Sequence record: PP355768.1
DNA length: 64,000 bases
Reading direction: 5' to 3' (one strand)
Part shown: one piece after another, positions 31,545-41,419 of the stretch
Numbering within the stretch: position 1 is the stretch's first letter
Layout: every line of letters starts with the position of its first letter
The notes under the pieces: generated by a model
The model's input: only the letters and a program-made list of their open reading frames with translations
Database searches by the model: none
Told to the model about the DNA's origin: nothing
Translations under genes and position numbers: made by a program

Positions 31545-33374
31545 ATGAACGAATTAGACCTGATTGATAATATCTATAGTATCCTTGATAACGAAGGTGA
31601 AGAAGACCTTATGTTTAATAACGCCAATAAGGCAAGCGAGCAGTTTCCTACACAGAGGGACATGATAGCTGGGGAGGTTTCTAAATATGTGGTAGCACAG
31701 GAGCTTCCGGCATACCTATTAGCGGCGCATAATAGAGGGGAGATACACATTCACGATATGGACTACCGCGCACAAGGGTATACTAACTGCTGCCTAGTGG
31801 ATCTAGCGGGGATGTTTAAGAATGGAACTAAAATTGGTGGAGCAGAGATTGAAACTCCAAAATCTATCTCTACTGCAGCTGCAGTAACTGCCCAAGTTAT
31901 TGCCCAGGTAAGCTCGTGTCAGTATGGGGGTACGTCTATCGATCGTATTGACGAAGTCTTTGCCCCGTATGTCCGTAAGTCCTATGATAAGCACTTAGCT
32001 ATTGGCCAGCGTTGGCTGCACGATAGTAAGAAGGCAGCAGTGTACGCTACTGAAATGACAGAGAAAGAAGTATATGATGCGTGCCAGGGACTAGAGTACG
32101 AAGTTAATACTCTATTCAACTCTAATGGTCAGCAGCCATTTGTGACATTTGGGTTTGGTTTAGGAGAATCCTGGGAGGCACGCATGTTACAGAAAGCTAT
32201 GCTGGAAGTTCGTATAAGAGGCCTGGGTGCTTCAGGGCATACTGCTGTATTTCCTAAACTTATTTTCGCAGTTAAGGAAGGACTCAATAAGTCCCCGAGT
32301 GATCCTAACTACGATATCAAACAGCTGGCGCTCATCTGCACTTCTAAGAGAATGTACCCGGATTACGTGAGCTATGAAAGAGTATCGGCTGTTACGGGTG
32401 ATTTTAAGTTCCCTATGGGTTGTCGGTCTTTCCTTTCGGCTATTGAATCGGGGGAAACTGCTGGGCGCAATAACCTAGGAGTTGTATCCATTAACCTGCC
32501 GCTAGTTGCTGTAGAGTCTGAGGGATGCTTCGATAGGTTCTGGAAGTTGTTGGATGAATACATTGATAAAGCGATGGCTGCCCACGATTGGGCTATTGAG
32601 CGGTTGAAGCGTGTGCGTGCTAAACAGGCACCAATTCTCTATATGCACGGAGCTTTTGGGGTACGGTTGAAAGCCAATGATCTTGTATGGCCCATCTTTG
32701 AAGGCAGGGCATCAGTGTCTTTGGGATATATCGGTATTAACGAGGTGATTGAGGTAATGTTTGAAGATACCGACCCTATGTCTCCACCTGCGGTTGAATT
32801 TGCAGTACGGGTTCTCAATCACATGAAAGACCGTTGCAACAAAAAAGCTGAGGAAACTAATCTCGGATTCAGTCTTTATGCTACTCCTAGCGAATCCTTA
32901 TGCAATAGATTCAACACTAAAATTGCCGAACAGTATCCGGAGTATGACTGGCTAACGGATAAAGGCTACCTGACTAATAGTCACCACCTGGATGTCCGTA
33001 CAAAAGTTGCCCCTAACGTGAAGTTTGACTATGAAGCTAATTTTACTACCATCGCCAATGGGGGTAATATATCCTTTGTAGAACTTCCTGAGATGCGTAA
33101 GTTTATCTCTGCACTAGAATGGGTTGTTGACTATGGATTAAGTAAGTCCCACTACATAGGGGTTAACATTCCAGTTGATGAGTGTGAAGAGTGTGGGTAT
33201 TTAGGCGAATCCGTATCCGGAGAGCATGGTTTTGTATGCCCCCAATGTGGGTCGGGGAATATCTCAGTTACCCGTCGTGTTTGTGGGTACTTAGGTAGTC
33301 CTGGTAGTAGACCCTTTAACCCTGGTAAGCAACAGGAAGTAATGCAAAGGGTCAAACACATGAATTTGAAATAA
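31545..33374 (+). CDS. nrdD: Class III anaerobic ribonucleotide reductase
   Basis: TNCC, MGCRS and ATPSE motifs, CxxC Zn site, RVCGYL glycyl-radical motif. Confidence 0.95.
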   Translation: MNELDLIDNIYSILDNEGEEDLMFNNANKASEQFPTQRDMIAGEVSKYVVAQELPAYLLAAHNRGEIHIHDMDYRAQGYTNCCLVDLAGMFKNGTKIGGAEIETPKSISTAAAVTAQVIAQVSSCQYGGTSIDRIDEVFAPYVRKSYDKHLAIGQRWLHDSKKAAVYATEMTEKEVYDACQGLEYEVNTLFNSNGQQPFVTFGFGLGESWEARMLQKAMLEVRIRGLGASGHTAVFPKLIFAVKEGLNKSPSDPNYDIKQLALICTSKRMYPDYVSYERVSAVTGDFKFPMGCRSFLSAIESGETAGRNNLGVVSINLPLVAVESEGCFDRFWKLLDEYIDKAMAAHDWAIERLKRVRAKQAPILYMHGAFGVRLKANDLVWPIFEGRASVSLGYIGINEVIEVMFEDTDPMSPPAVEFAVRVLNHMKDRCNKKAEETNLGFSLYATPSESLCNRFNTKIAEQYPEYDWLTDKGYLTNSHHLDVRTKVAPNVKFDYEANFTTIANGGNISFVELPEMRKFISALEWVVDYGLSKSHYIGVNIPVDECEECGYLGESVSGEHGFVCPQCGSGNISVTRRVCGYLGSPGSRPFNPGKQQEVMQRVKHMNLK

Positions 33375-33434
33375 ATCACTTGCTAAATACCTCCGTTTTT
33401 GATAAGATAGTTGTAATTGAGAAACGGAGGATTT

Positions 33435-33647
33435 ATGAAAATCCATAAAACTGATGAAAAGCGTATCTACTTTATGATGGACTCTGGAGCATACGGATCT
33501 ATTTCCCGAGAAGACGTGGTAAAACTTCTGCGATGCCGTAACCACTTGTGGAAAGATAAAGTCGATCCCAGAACCTCTGAGTGCTTGTCCGAAAAGGCTG
33601 AGCAGTTGCGGAAAGAAGAAATGAGAAACTATATGGAGTTCCTGTAA
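33435..33647 (+). CDS. Hypothetical protein
   Basis: GGAGG SD; promoter TTGCTA-17-TAAGAT at 33380-33408. Confidence 0.75.
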   Translation: MKIHKTDEKRIYFMMDSGAYGSISREDVVKLLRCRNHLWKDKVDPRTSECLSEKAEQLRKEEMRNYMEFL

Positions 33648-34480
33648 TGCGTAGATTGATTATCGTAAGTGGTGCTGGATTGAGTGCTGATAGCGGAGTG
33701 CCAACGTTCCGTAAGGGTGCCATCACTCCCCTGTGGGATAAATACAAGCTAACCGAAGTATGCAACATTCAGGCATTCGATAAGGGGTTTCACTATCTGG
33801 ACGACCCTATGCCTCCGTTAGAAGCCCTTTCTGAGGGATCTGATGATGAGCCTAGTCGCAACCTGTACGAGCTAACCCATGAGTTCTACAACATGCGGCG
33901 GCAGGAGCTGGGTACGGTGGAGCCTAACATTGCTCACTTGAGAATTGCTGAGTGGTATGAGCGCTTCCCTGGTCAAGTCGTTAACTTTACTACTAACGTG
34001 GATGATCTGCTAGAGCGTGCTGGCATTCCTCATGATGATGTGATCCATGCTCATGGCTACCTTACGGAGATAATGTATCGCCGAGGTAAGGATGTGATCG
34101 TGGAAGATATCGGGTACACTGCGGTTGACTATCGTAAGTATGAGTGGGTTAAGCCTGCAATTACATTCTTCGGGGAAACCGCTCCGTGGTATATGGGGCA
34201 GATCAACCTGTTTGATACTCTGACAACCCAGGATCTGGTAATCATTGTTGGTGCCAGTAACCAAGTAATCGACTTTAATTGGGAACTATTCCCAGCCCAT
34301 AGTCGAGGTACTAAGGTGTGGGTAGTAAACAACGGTATTAACTATCTGGAGCAGAGTTTGTACGAGGAACGCGGGATCCCCGTTTGGTATGATACTGCTG
34401 CCAATGTATTTAGCAATAAACATTTCATAGGTCAAGTTGAGGCTTGGCTGGAGGAGAAAATTTATGTACCATCCCGATGA
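33647..34480 (+). CDS. Sir2-family NAD-dependent deacylase
   Basis: GAGLSADSGVPTFR, TTNVDDL, HAHG and KPAITFFGE motifs. Confidence 0.9.
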   Translation: MRRLIIVSGAGLSADSGVPTFRKGAITPLWDKYKLTEVCNIQAFDKGFHYLDDPMPPLEALSEGSDDEPSRNLYELTHEFYNMRRQELGTVEPNIAHLRIAEWYERFPGQVVNFTTNVDDLLERAGIPHDDVIHAHGYLTEIMYRRGKDVIVEDIGYTAVDYRKYEWVKPAITFFGETAPWYMGQINLFDTLTTQDLVIIVGASNQVIDFNWELFPAHSRGTKVWVVNNGINYLEQSLYEERGIPVWYDTAANVFSNKHFIGQVEAWLEEKIYVPSR

Positions 34481-34628
34481 TATCCTGTTATGGCCCAACG
34501 GTAGTTGGTGTTATCGCAGTGATGTACAAGATATGAGTCACCTATCGGACGACTATCAGGTTTTACGAGCGGACTCTGAGCAGTGGCACGAATTCATCCA
34601 AATGGGGGAAGAATATGCTGGTCAATGA
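34464..34628 (+). CDS. 54-aa hypothetical protein
   Basis: Start refined to MYHPDD; GGAGGAG SD. Confidence 0.7.
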   Translation: MYHPDDILLWPNGSWCYRSDVQDMSHLSDDYQVLRADSEQWHEFIQMGEEYAGQ

Positions 34629-35016
34629 AAAGGTTGTTAATCAAGGGGTTGGGCTAGTTCCTTGGGCTGAAATTCCTCTGGACGTAAAAGAGTCTCTTCT
34701 GGACCATCTTCGTGTGTGGTGCGATAATATGGAGGTCTACTTCGATTATGACAACATGCACCTGGGGCTATGGGTTCCTATGGACGAAGATCAAGATGAA
34801 GTCCTAGACTGGGGCGATCTGACTGAGATGGGGCTGGTGTTTGCACTAGGCTACGTGTGTCTGCTGCGTGAGTCCTATATCCCGGTTGGGGTTACAGGTG
34901 TTTCAGCAGGTATTTGGGTCGGACGTAATGAAGATTATTATGCTCCGGAAAATATTAACGGTTGGATCCAGGTGCTGCGTCGCTTCGGTTTCCAAGTTGA
35001 AGGGTTAACTAAATGA
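34615..35016 (+). CDS. Hypothetical protein (paralogue 1)
   Basis: 133 aa; similar to the next ORF. Confidence 0.75.
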   Translation: MLVNEKVVNQGVGLVPWAEIPLDVKESLLDHLRVWCDNMEVYFDYDNMHLGLWVPMDEDQDEVLDWGDLTEMGLVFALGYVCLLRESYIPVGVTGVSAGIWVGRNEDYYAPENINGWIQVLRRFGFQVEGLTK

Positions 35017-35408
35017 GTATTCCTAAAATGGAACGTATCTCCTGGGCGGATATCCCCAAGGAATTGATTGATGTAGCAGAGAATCTGCTGCGAGCCGCGT
35101 TGAGGGACGAGGAGCTTTGCTTCATCATCCAACATGACGTGTGTGTTGGTTTGTCCAAAGGTAGTTTGGCCCAGGATTATGAGATCCTCTTTGATTGGGA
35201 TGACCTCTCGGATCTGGGGCTAATGGTTCTGGTGAACAACGTTGTGTTCCACCCCTCTAATTTTGCAGCATTCCGTGAACCGGGGGCGGGTATTTCTCCT
35301 GGGTTCTTGGTAGCTGACGAGCCTTGGACGTATGCTCCAGAGGTTCTTCGTGAGGGCAAACAAAATGCCTCTTCTAACTCAATTAATATTATGGGTTGGA
35401 ATGCCTAG
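35013..35408 (+). CDS. Hypothetical protein (paralogue 2)
   Basis: 131 aa. Confidence 0.75.
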   Translation: MSIPKMERISWADIPKELIDVAENLLRAALRDEELCFIIQHDVCVGLSKGSLAQDYEILFDWDDLSDLGLMVLVNNVVFHPSNFAAFREPGAGISPGFLVADEPWTYAPEVLREGKQNASSNSINIMGWNA

Positions 35409-35418
35409 TTGAACACTT

Positions 35419-35448
35419 AGACCAGGGGATTATCCTCTGGTCTTTTCT
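35419..35448 (+). terminator. Rho-independent terminator
   Basis: AGACCAGGGG/CTCTGGTCT stem followed by TTTCT. Confidence 0.7.
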
Positions 35449-35490
35449 ATGCTTAAACCCAGTTACCTACCACGTATTTAAATATTTTAC

Positions 35491-35519
35491 TTGCAATCTC
35501 GCCACGATTTTTATATAAT
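35491..35519 (+). promoter_or_regulatory. Promoter upstream of the structured leader and obp
   Basis: TTGCAA-17-TATAAT. Confidence 0.8.
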
Positions 35520-35525
35520 ATATTC

Positions 35526-36000
35526 ATAGGTTGAGAGAAATGATGTGAGTTACAAAACTGACATAATTCCTCTCATTCACTTCCGAGCATACAGAACAGT
35601 CCGGCTGCTACATGCTTGGTTGGGTTTGGCTTACTGGAAAATTGATTCCGAACGGAATTATAGATAATTGATCTAGAATGCGGGTAAGAGAGGTTGGCAT
35701 CGCGAGGCTCTCAGATATTTGTTCGTTAGTCATGTGGAGCAAATAGCACCGCGGTCTGAAATGACCAAGAAGTGAAGCTGTAAGTAGCAACGTACCTCTG
35801 CGCAATAGCGACGAATAGGGGTCAACCACATGGAGCTTAGCGGCGATTACATGCTGTGTGGGAGTTGTGCGAAGCGGCCAGTTCTAGCAATGAGGAAGTG
35901 ACCACCCCTCCATCTATAAGGAAATTTGTTGAGTCAGTGGACTTTTAAGCTGTTCTATCCTTGATAGTTCGAGATCGCTTTATTCTTCAACATAGGAGAA
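35526..36000 (+). ncRNA. Candidate ~470-nt structured RNA or leader of obp
   Basis: No plus-strand ORF; over 10 helices with G:U pairs valid only on the plus strand. Confidence 0.6.
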
Positions 36001-36006
36001 AACGTA

Positions 36007-38796
36007 ATGTTTTCTATTCTAGAAGGACACGCGGGTTTTTCCCGCGATCCCGCTTCCGGAAACTGGAAGGAAGTGAAGACAACTGATTACCTTTTTGCGA
36101 AGGAGTTTTCTAACGAGCATCCAGAAGGTAAGCCAGCCTCAATGCCCTACAAATTTAACGTAGTGGATACAGTTGACCCAAAAAATCTTAATGAAGCGTA
36201 TGAGCTGATGGTTCAGCTCACTCAAGACCCACATCTCGTAGCAGTACGAGGTACATGCTTAGTTGCAGAGAAGGCCGTGCGTCGTAAACGTACTAACTTC
36301 AAAATCGACCATAAGAGCAATATTATTGCTATGGACGTCGATGGAATCTCTGATACCGGAGGATGCGACAGGTTTGACATTGTGGGTATGGGACGTCATG
36401 TCATTAAGTTATTAAATAGCATCAGCGAGGACATGTTCCCGCTTAACGCAGGGTTTATCGCCCATGCGTCGTCTTCGGCTGGAATTAAGCCAGGGATTCG
36501 TATGCACATGCTATTAGAGAGTAATATCCCTGTTACTCAGGGTCAGTTAAAGTTTCTATTTACGTCCCTCAATGATAGCTCTCGGCAGAAGTATGGTTTT
36601 GATATTGCCGACTTAGCTTATTATTCATCTGTACAGCTACACTATTTCGCTGACCCGATTTTTCGGGATCAGTTTACCGATCCGTTTAAAGCGGAGGGTA
36701 AGCCACGTCTGGTTAAAGTTAACGGTGCTAGGATTGAACTGCCCAATACTATGCCAGATTATGAAGCCACTCGTGGGGAGTTTAAAGAAGAGTTTCTATC
36801 CCTACTTAATCAGATTAAAGGAAAGCGTGTAGCCTCTGAAAAAGTGGAACAAACCATTGCAGAGCTGGAAGAAGCAGAGGATGGTGTTTATCTGCGTATT
36901 ATTCCTAAACTGTACCACAGAGCGCTGGAGGACGGTGTTGATTTCGCTTGGCTTGAGAAAGAGATTACCTCAGCTCTGTCCGATTATATCAACACGAAGG
37001 ACAACTCCCGTAGTCTTCAGGATTACTTCAATAACGGACGTAAGCAGGCGTTAAAAGCGTTTGTGAACAACTCTATGCGAGATATTCCTGAGTCGAATGT
37101 TAAAGGAGTTCCTGTACACAAGTTGACCTCTGATAGCCCCGATGGGATGAACTATTTGAAGATCAACCGTCCACCGCCGGAAGGTCATTTAACGTTTATC
37201 AAGGCTTCTCTAGGTACTGGTAAAACCACCGCAGTGACGAAGTGGCTAGAACGTGATCAGCTGAAAGGTAATTTCCTTGCAGTTACGAACACACGTGCCC
37301 TTGTTTCATCTAACGCCAAGAAGTTTGAAGCCGGACAGTATGATAAGTCTGTAGATATGTTAAACTTCAAGCGCGGTGCCATTGATCGTATGTCTACTAC
37401 TATTCACTCAATCCACAAGTTTAAAAACTTTGTTGGGCAGATCGATGTTATCTTTATCGATGAGTGCGATGCAGTTATGAATGATCTGTTATTCGCTCCA
37501 GTCGTTAAACAACGTCGTGAGTGTATCTCAGTTCTTCGTGAAATTCTGCTATCTGCAAAAGTAGTTATCCTGTCTGACGGGGATATCAGTGCAGAAACCA
37601 TTGAGGCATATGGATCTCTCATAGATTTTGACAAGCCGGTCTCTTATTATAAACATCATCGTAAGATGTTGTCTGATGCTCAGGCATATGAGTTCCCTGA
37701 TGAATCCAGTATTTGGGTTGCTCTCCAAACGTCCCTAGAGATGGGAGAGAAATCTATTCTGGTGTCCGACTGTGGGCCGGATGAGTTAAACGAGAAAGGC
37801 CTGACGTTAAGAAGCAATACAGGTGCGATTGTTAAAGAGATTCACTCAAACTCTACCTCTGATATAGATATTCGTCGTATCTTGGATTATACAACGAATG
37901 AGTTAATTGAGCAGCAGATTGATTGTCTACTGTGTAGTCCGTCGGTAACGAGTGGTGTTGACTTCAACTACTTCGACAACGTATTTGTTATCACCCGTAC
38001 CGCTAACCAGGCGCCGAACATGCGCTTCCAGGCAATCAGGCGCGACCGAGGAGCTAAGAATATCTTCTATTTCATCGATAAGTCCACCAGCGGATTCTCT
38101 GCGGGTTCGGAGCAGTACAACATCGATGAGGGTTGGATGGAGTTAGCCCAGCAACTTTACGTTAAACGTCGAGAGCTAGAGTCACGTAACTTTATCAGTA
38201 CTCTGCGGTACTATCTGCTGGATCAGGGAGCAACTATCGATATCTTCAGTGAAAGCTGGGGTAAGATTGATAGCTCGGCCGCAGAGTATACTGCTGAACG
38301 AGTCTCTGCTATTTTGAGTAGTACCCCGGATTGGTGTGCACCTCGTCATGCGGACGCATACGAAGCCAAGCTAATGCTGGTCAAGTATTTCCACCTGGAC
38401 TCTATCAAGAGTATCACACAGGAACATGCGGAGATGTGGATTAGTAAGAAACCGCACAAACGGGCGGAGTTCTTCCACAAACTTCAAGATATATTCTGGA
38501 AGGATATTAAGAAGTGTTCTAACGTGACGATTAGCCCCTTTATTGAAGCCCTGAAGAAACACAAGAAGGACTTCTTTATTAGGACAGGACAGTCTGCCAA
38601 CCCTAAATATGCCCGTATGTACCTAACTCAAATGGGTATTAATAAGGAAATGGAGACGGAGCAGATCGTAGACTGGTATCGAACCTACTGTTCTATCGAG
38701 GGTATCTCTGTACCGTATGAGTTTATGACGGACGAGGAGAAGGCGCTGGCCGATGAAGCGCAAAACGAACTTGGAGTACGTAATGAGCAAGCGTGA
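36007..38796 (+). CDS. obp: Replication origin-binding protein (SF2 helicase-like)
   Basis: 929 aa; ASLGTGKTT and FIDECD motifs; T5 synteny. Confidence 0.9.
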   Translation: MFSILEGHAGFSRDPASGNWKEVKTTDYLFAKEFSNEHPEGKPASMPYKFNVVDTVDPKNLNEAYELMVQLTQDPHLVAVRGTCLVAEKAVRRKRTNFKIDHKSNIIAMDVDGISDTGGCDRFDIVGMGRHVIKLLNSISEDMFPLNAGFIAHASSSAGIKPGIRMHMLLESNIPVTQGQLKFLFTSLNDSSRQKYGFDIADLAYYSSVQLHYFADPIFRDQFTDPFKAEGKPRLVKVNGARIELPNTMPDYEATRGEFKEEFLSLLNQIKGKRVASEKVEQTIAELEEAEDGVYLRIIPKLYHRALEDGVDFAWLEKEITSALSDYINTKDNSRSLQDYFNNGRKQALKAFVNNSMRDIPESNVKGVPVHKLTSDSPDGMNYLKINRPPPEGHLTFIKASLGTGKTTAVTKWLERDQLKGNFLAVTNTRALVSSNAKKFEAGQYDKSVDMLNFKRGAIDRMSTTIHSIHKFKNFVGQIDVIFIDECDAVMNDLLFAPVVKQRRECISVLREILLSAKVVILSDGDISAETIEAYGSLIDFDKPVSYYKHHRKMLSDAQAYEFPDESSIWVALQTSLEMGEKSILVSDCGPDELNEKGLTLRSNTGAIVKEIHSNSTSDIDIRRILDYTTNELIEQQIDCLLCSPSVTSGVDFNYFDNVFVITRTANQAPNMRFQAIRRDRGAKNIFYFIDKSTSGFSAGSEQYNIDEGWMELAQQLYVKRRELESRNFISTLRYYLLDQGATIDIFSESWGKIDSSAAEYTAERVSAILSSTPDWCAPRHADAYEAKLMLVKYFHLDSIKSITQEHAEMWISKKPHKRAEFFHKLQDIFWKDIKKCSNVTISPFIEALKKHKKDFFIRTGQSANPKYARMYLTQMGINKEMETEQIVDWYRTYCSIEGISVPYEFMTDEEKALADEAQNELGVRNEQA

Positions 38797-39067
38797 TGCC
38801 CGCTGGGAGACAAGGAAGTTTCCCAAACGCGATACGAAAACACGGAAGGCTAAAGAGATAGAGTTGTGTAGAGTAATACCCATTCGTTTAGCACAGATGC
38901 CAAATATCTATGATTGGCTAGAAGCTCAGCGAAAGACACGCCTTTCTATACGCATCAACATGGAACTTAACATGGGGTACAAGAGTCTATCTGAGTTTAT
39001 GCACGTTACTTTTGACCCTACGTTCTATGAAAATCGCGATTGCTTAGAAGCTAAATCTGTATTATAA
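38783..39067 (+). CDS. Hypothetical protein
   Basis: Start refined to MSKRDAR; GGAG SD. Confidence 0.7.
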   Translation: MSKRDARWETRKFPKRDTKTRKAKEIELCRVIPIRLAQMPNIYDWLEAQRKTRLSIRINMELNMGYKSLSEFMHVTFDPTFYENRDCLEAKSVL

Positions 39068-39099
39068 TAGTTTCATAAATTCGAGAGAGGATAAAGAAC

Positions 39100-39795
39100 A
39101 TGGCAATCCGCAAAAAACTTCATGCGAATAGCATCCCGGACGAAAAGTTTAAGGAAGCGATTCAGTGGCTAGAAGATGGCAAGACCAAGAAAGGCGCTTG
39201 CGAAATCCTCGGAGTAGCATCCAACTCCACGATGGAGCGTTTGATCGAGGAATGGAAAGATAACCAGCGTGTTTCTGCTGAAATGCGTAAAAAGAAACGT
39301 GGTACTAAAATCGAAGGGGCTGAGCTGGCCAACGTTATCGATTCGTATCTGTCCGGTGATAGTTTTGAAGCAATCGCCGAGCGTTTCTACCGTTCTGCAA
39401 ATATGATCCGAATGGTTCTGTCTGCACATGGTGCCCTGCTTCGCGTTAATGGTGAGGTTGACCCGCTCTTCCCGCCAGCGATTCCAGAAGAATCAATGAA
39501 AGAGGTATTTGAAGTAGGCGAACACGTTTGGGTTCCAGGATACCAGTGTATCGGCGAAGTTAAAAAAGCTCTGGACAATCCGGTAGGCGCATATCGTGTT
39601 TACTTGCTATCCGAAGCCCGTCAGCAGTACGTTAACTATATGTATTGGGATCTGGCGTCTGTTGAGCATCTGGTAGCACTTGGTGTTGATATCAAGTCCC
39701 TGGGATTCAAGTGGGGCAAAGAAGACGTAGCTGAACTGGTTAATAACGCTGTAAAAGCAGCCCTGAAATTAGAAAAGAGAGGCAAAGGTGAATAA
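39100..39795 (+). CDS. D2: D2 protein
   Basis: T5 synteny and size; promoter TTGCTT-17-TATAAT at 39040-39068. Confidence 0.75.
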   Translation: MAIRKKLHANSIPDEKFKEAIQWLEDGKTKKGACEILGVASNSTMERLIEEWKDNQRVSAEMRKKKRGTKIEGAELANVIDSYLSGDSFEAIAERFYRSANMIRMVLSAHGALLRVNGEVDPLFPPAIPEESMKEVFEVGEHVWVPGYQCIGEVKKALDNPVGAYRVYLLSEARQQYVNYMYWDLASVEHLVALGVDIKSLGFKWGKEDVAELVNNAVKAALKLEKRGKGE

Positions 39796-40006
39796 ATATC
39801 AACTCTTAAACCTGTTTCAGATTTATTCCGAGGGCGCTACAGCTATCCGAGATCTGCACTATGCAGTTCCCATGGACGAAGCGGAAGATAATGGCTGGCT
39901 TACCAAATACGATCGTGGGTTGCTGAAGATGTATCGTTTGTCCCCTAGCGGTTTGGTAGCTGTTAACCAAATCCTAGAAAATTCTGTTTGCTTTGCAGCT
40001 CAGTAA
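39788..40006 (+). CDS. Hypothetical protein
   Basis: 72 aa, GTG start overlapping the D2 stop. Confidence 0.65.
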   Translation: MNKYQLLNLFQIYSEGATAIRDLHYAVPMDEAEDNGWLTKYDRGLLKMYRLSPSGLVAVNQILENSVCFAAQ

Positions 40007-40080
40007 CTTGTTATAATATTCTCATAGTTTGAAACAAAACTTAAAAACTCTTTTTAACAATAAATAAGGAAGTAATAAAT

Positions 40081-40485
40081 ATGTCTACTCCAACTCAATG
40101 GTCTCCTGAACTCGAAGCTGAACTGACTTCTGCCTATGTCGCCAAAATCGAACTCTTCCCGGAAGATGAACGTCCTGGCGTTTCCATGGAGATCGTAGCT
40201 GAGATCGCTAAAGAGCACGGTGTTTCCCCGAATGGCCTTCGTATGAAGCTGTCCAAAGCTGGCGTATACGTCAAGAAAGAAGCCGGTAAGTCTACCGCTA
40301 AAACCGGTGGTGATGCTCCTAAAGCTGGTGGCCGTACTTCTAAGTCTGATGCTCAGGCTGAACTGCGCGCTGCATTTAACGACGCTGGACTGGAAGATGG
40401 CTTCCTGGACGAATCGATCGTTGACAAACTGACCGGTAAAGCTGCTTCTCACCTGGCTGAAGCTATCCGTAAAATCACTAAATAA
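40081..40485 (+). CDS. D3: D3 protein (DNA-binding)
   Basis: T5 synteny, 134 aa, HTH-like segment. Confidence 0.75.
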   Translation: MSTPTQWSPELEAELTSAYVAKIELFPEDERPGVSMEIVAEIAKEHGVSPNGLRMKLSKAGVYVKKEAGKSTAKTGGDAPKAGGRTSKSDAQAELRAAFNDAGLEDGFLDESIVDKLTGKAASHLAEAIRKITK

Positions 40486-40497
40486 GAGGGTATTGCA

Positions 40498-40794
40498 ATG
40501 AATAAAGCACAAGTCGTAGCTATCTGTGAAAAACACGGTGAGTTTTGCATGCAATACACCAAACTGCGTACCAAGGGGGTAACTTACCTCTACGGTACGA
40601 CTGAGTTCGATCCTAAGCAAGATAAATACCTTGCCGAGCGAATCGTCCGTGAAGGCCTGGAACCCGCTGACAAAGATCATATCCTGGTCTTTAGCCGCTC
40701 TAGCGATAAATTCCGCTATATTCCGATTGCGAATATTAAGCGCATCACCAGCCTCAACCAAGAACTTGATCGAGCTACTCCAGTAGGTCGTTAA
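40498..40794 (+). CDS. Hypothetical protein
   Basis: 98 aa, GAGGG SD. Confidence 0.8.
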   Translation: MNKAQVVAICEKHGEFCMQYTKLRTKGVTYLYGTTEFDPKQDKYLAERIVREGLEPADKDHILVFSRSSDKFRYIPIANIKRITSLNQELDRATPVGR

Positions 40795-40802
40795 GACACA
40801 AT

Positions 40803-40829
40803 CAGCCCCTTCGGGGGCTTTTTGTTTAT
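40803..40829 (+). terminator. Rho-independent terminator
   Basis: AGCCCC-TTCG-GGGGCT followed by TTTTGTTT. Confidence 0.85.
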
Positions 40830-40844
40830 CTGAGAACAATAAAA

Positions 40845-41153
40845 ATGAATCAAAACATTTGTCAGGATTACGAAGGACATATTGATGATCAGTCCCACGT
40901 TATCTTTGAAGATGAAGGGCGACAGATTCGTATGACTGTCTCGGAGTTTAGAGGCAATTTATACTTTGGTTTCCGATTGTGGTTACTGGATATTGAAGAT
41001 AACTGGTTTCCTACTAAATCAGGCTTCTCGTTCCCCTACACGTTAGAAATGACTAGCACGTTGTTCCGTGCCTTTACTAAAATACTAAGCAATTCAGAGG
41101 TTCTTCATGAAGTTTACCGCGAATCTCAAAAGACCCAAGCCAGTGACGACTAA
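40845..41153 (+). CDS. PC4/p15-like ssDNA-binding protein
   Basis: MTVSEFRGNLYFGFRLW...WFPTKSGFSF pattern. Confidence 0.75.
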   Translation: MNQNICQDYEGHIDDQSHVIFEDEGRQIRMTVSEFRGNLYFGFRLWLLDIEDNWFPTKSGFSFPYTLEMTSTLFRAFTKILSNSEVLHEVYRESQKTQASDD

Positions 41154-41236
41154 GTTGCTGGCTTTTTCTTTAAAATCTCAATTGCTTAGTGTTTTAAACC
41201 TTGATATAATATTCTCATAGTTTGAAGGAGATCTTT

Positions 41237-41419
41237 ATGAAAGATCATGAAATTGCTCAGTTAGTCAATAAGCTGACCGAAGCTGCTAAGACGTATGCTC
41301 ATACGCAGCAATTAAGAGCACACATGTCTAGAATTATTAATGAGGCGCTACGCCATGAAAAAGATAACTGTCGATGCGTACAGTGCTCCTCCCCTGAAAT
41401 TCCAGGCCATGACGCTTGA
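41237..41419 (+). CDS. Hypothetical protein
   Basis: AAGGAG SD; promoter TTGCTT-17-TATAAT at 41182-41210. Confidence 0.6.
   Translation: MKDHEIAQLVNKLTEAAKTYAHTQQLRAHMSRIINEALRHEKDNCRCVQCSSPEIPGHDA

Noticed and set aside
35608-35829. 73-aa minus-strand ORF in the obp leader
   Set aside because: Antisense to the local transcription unit with no SD
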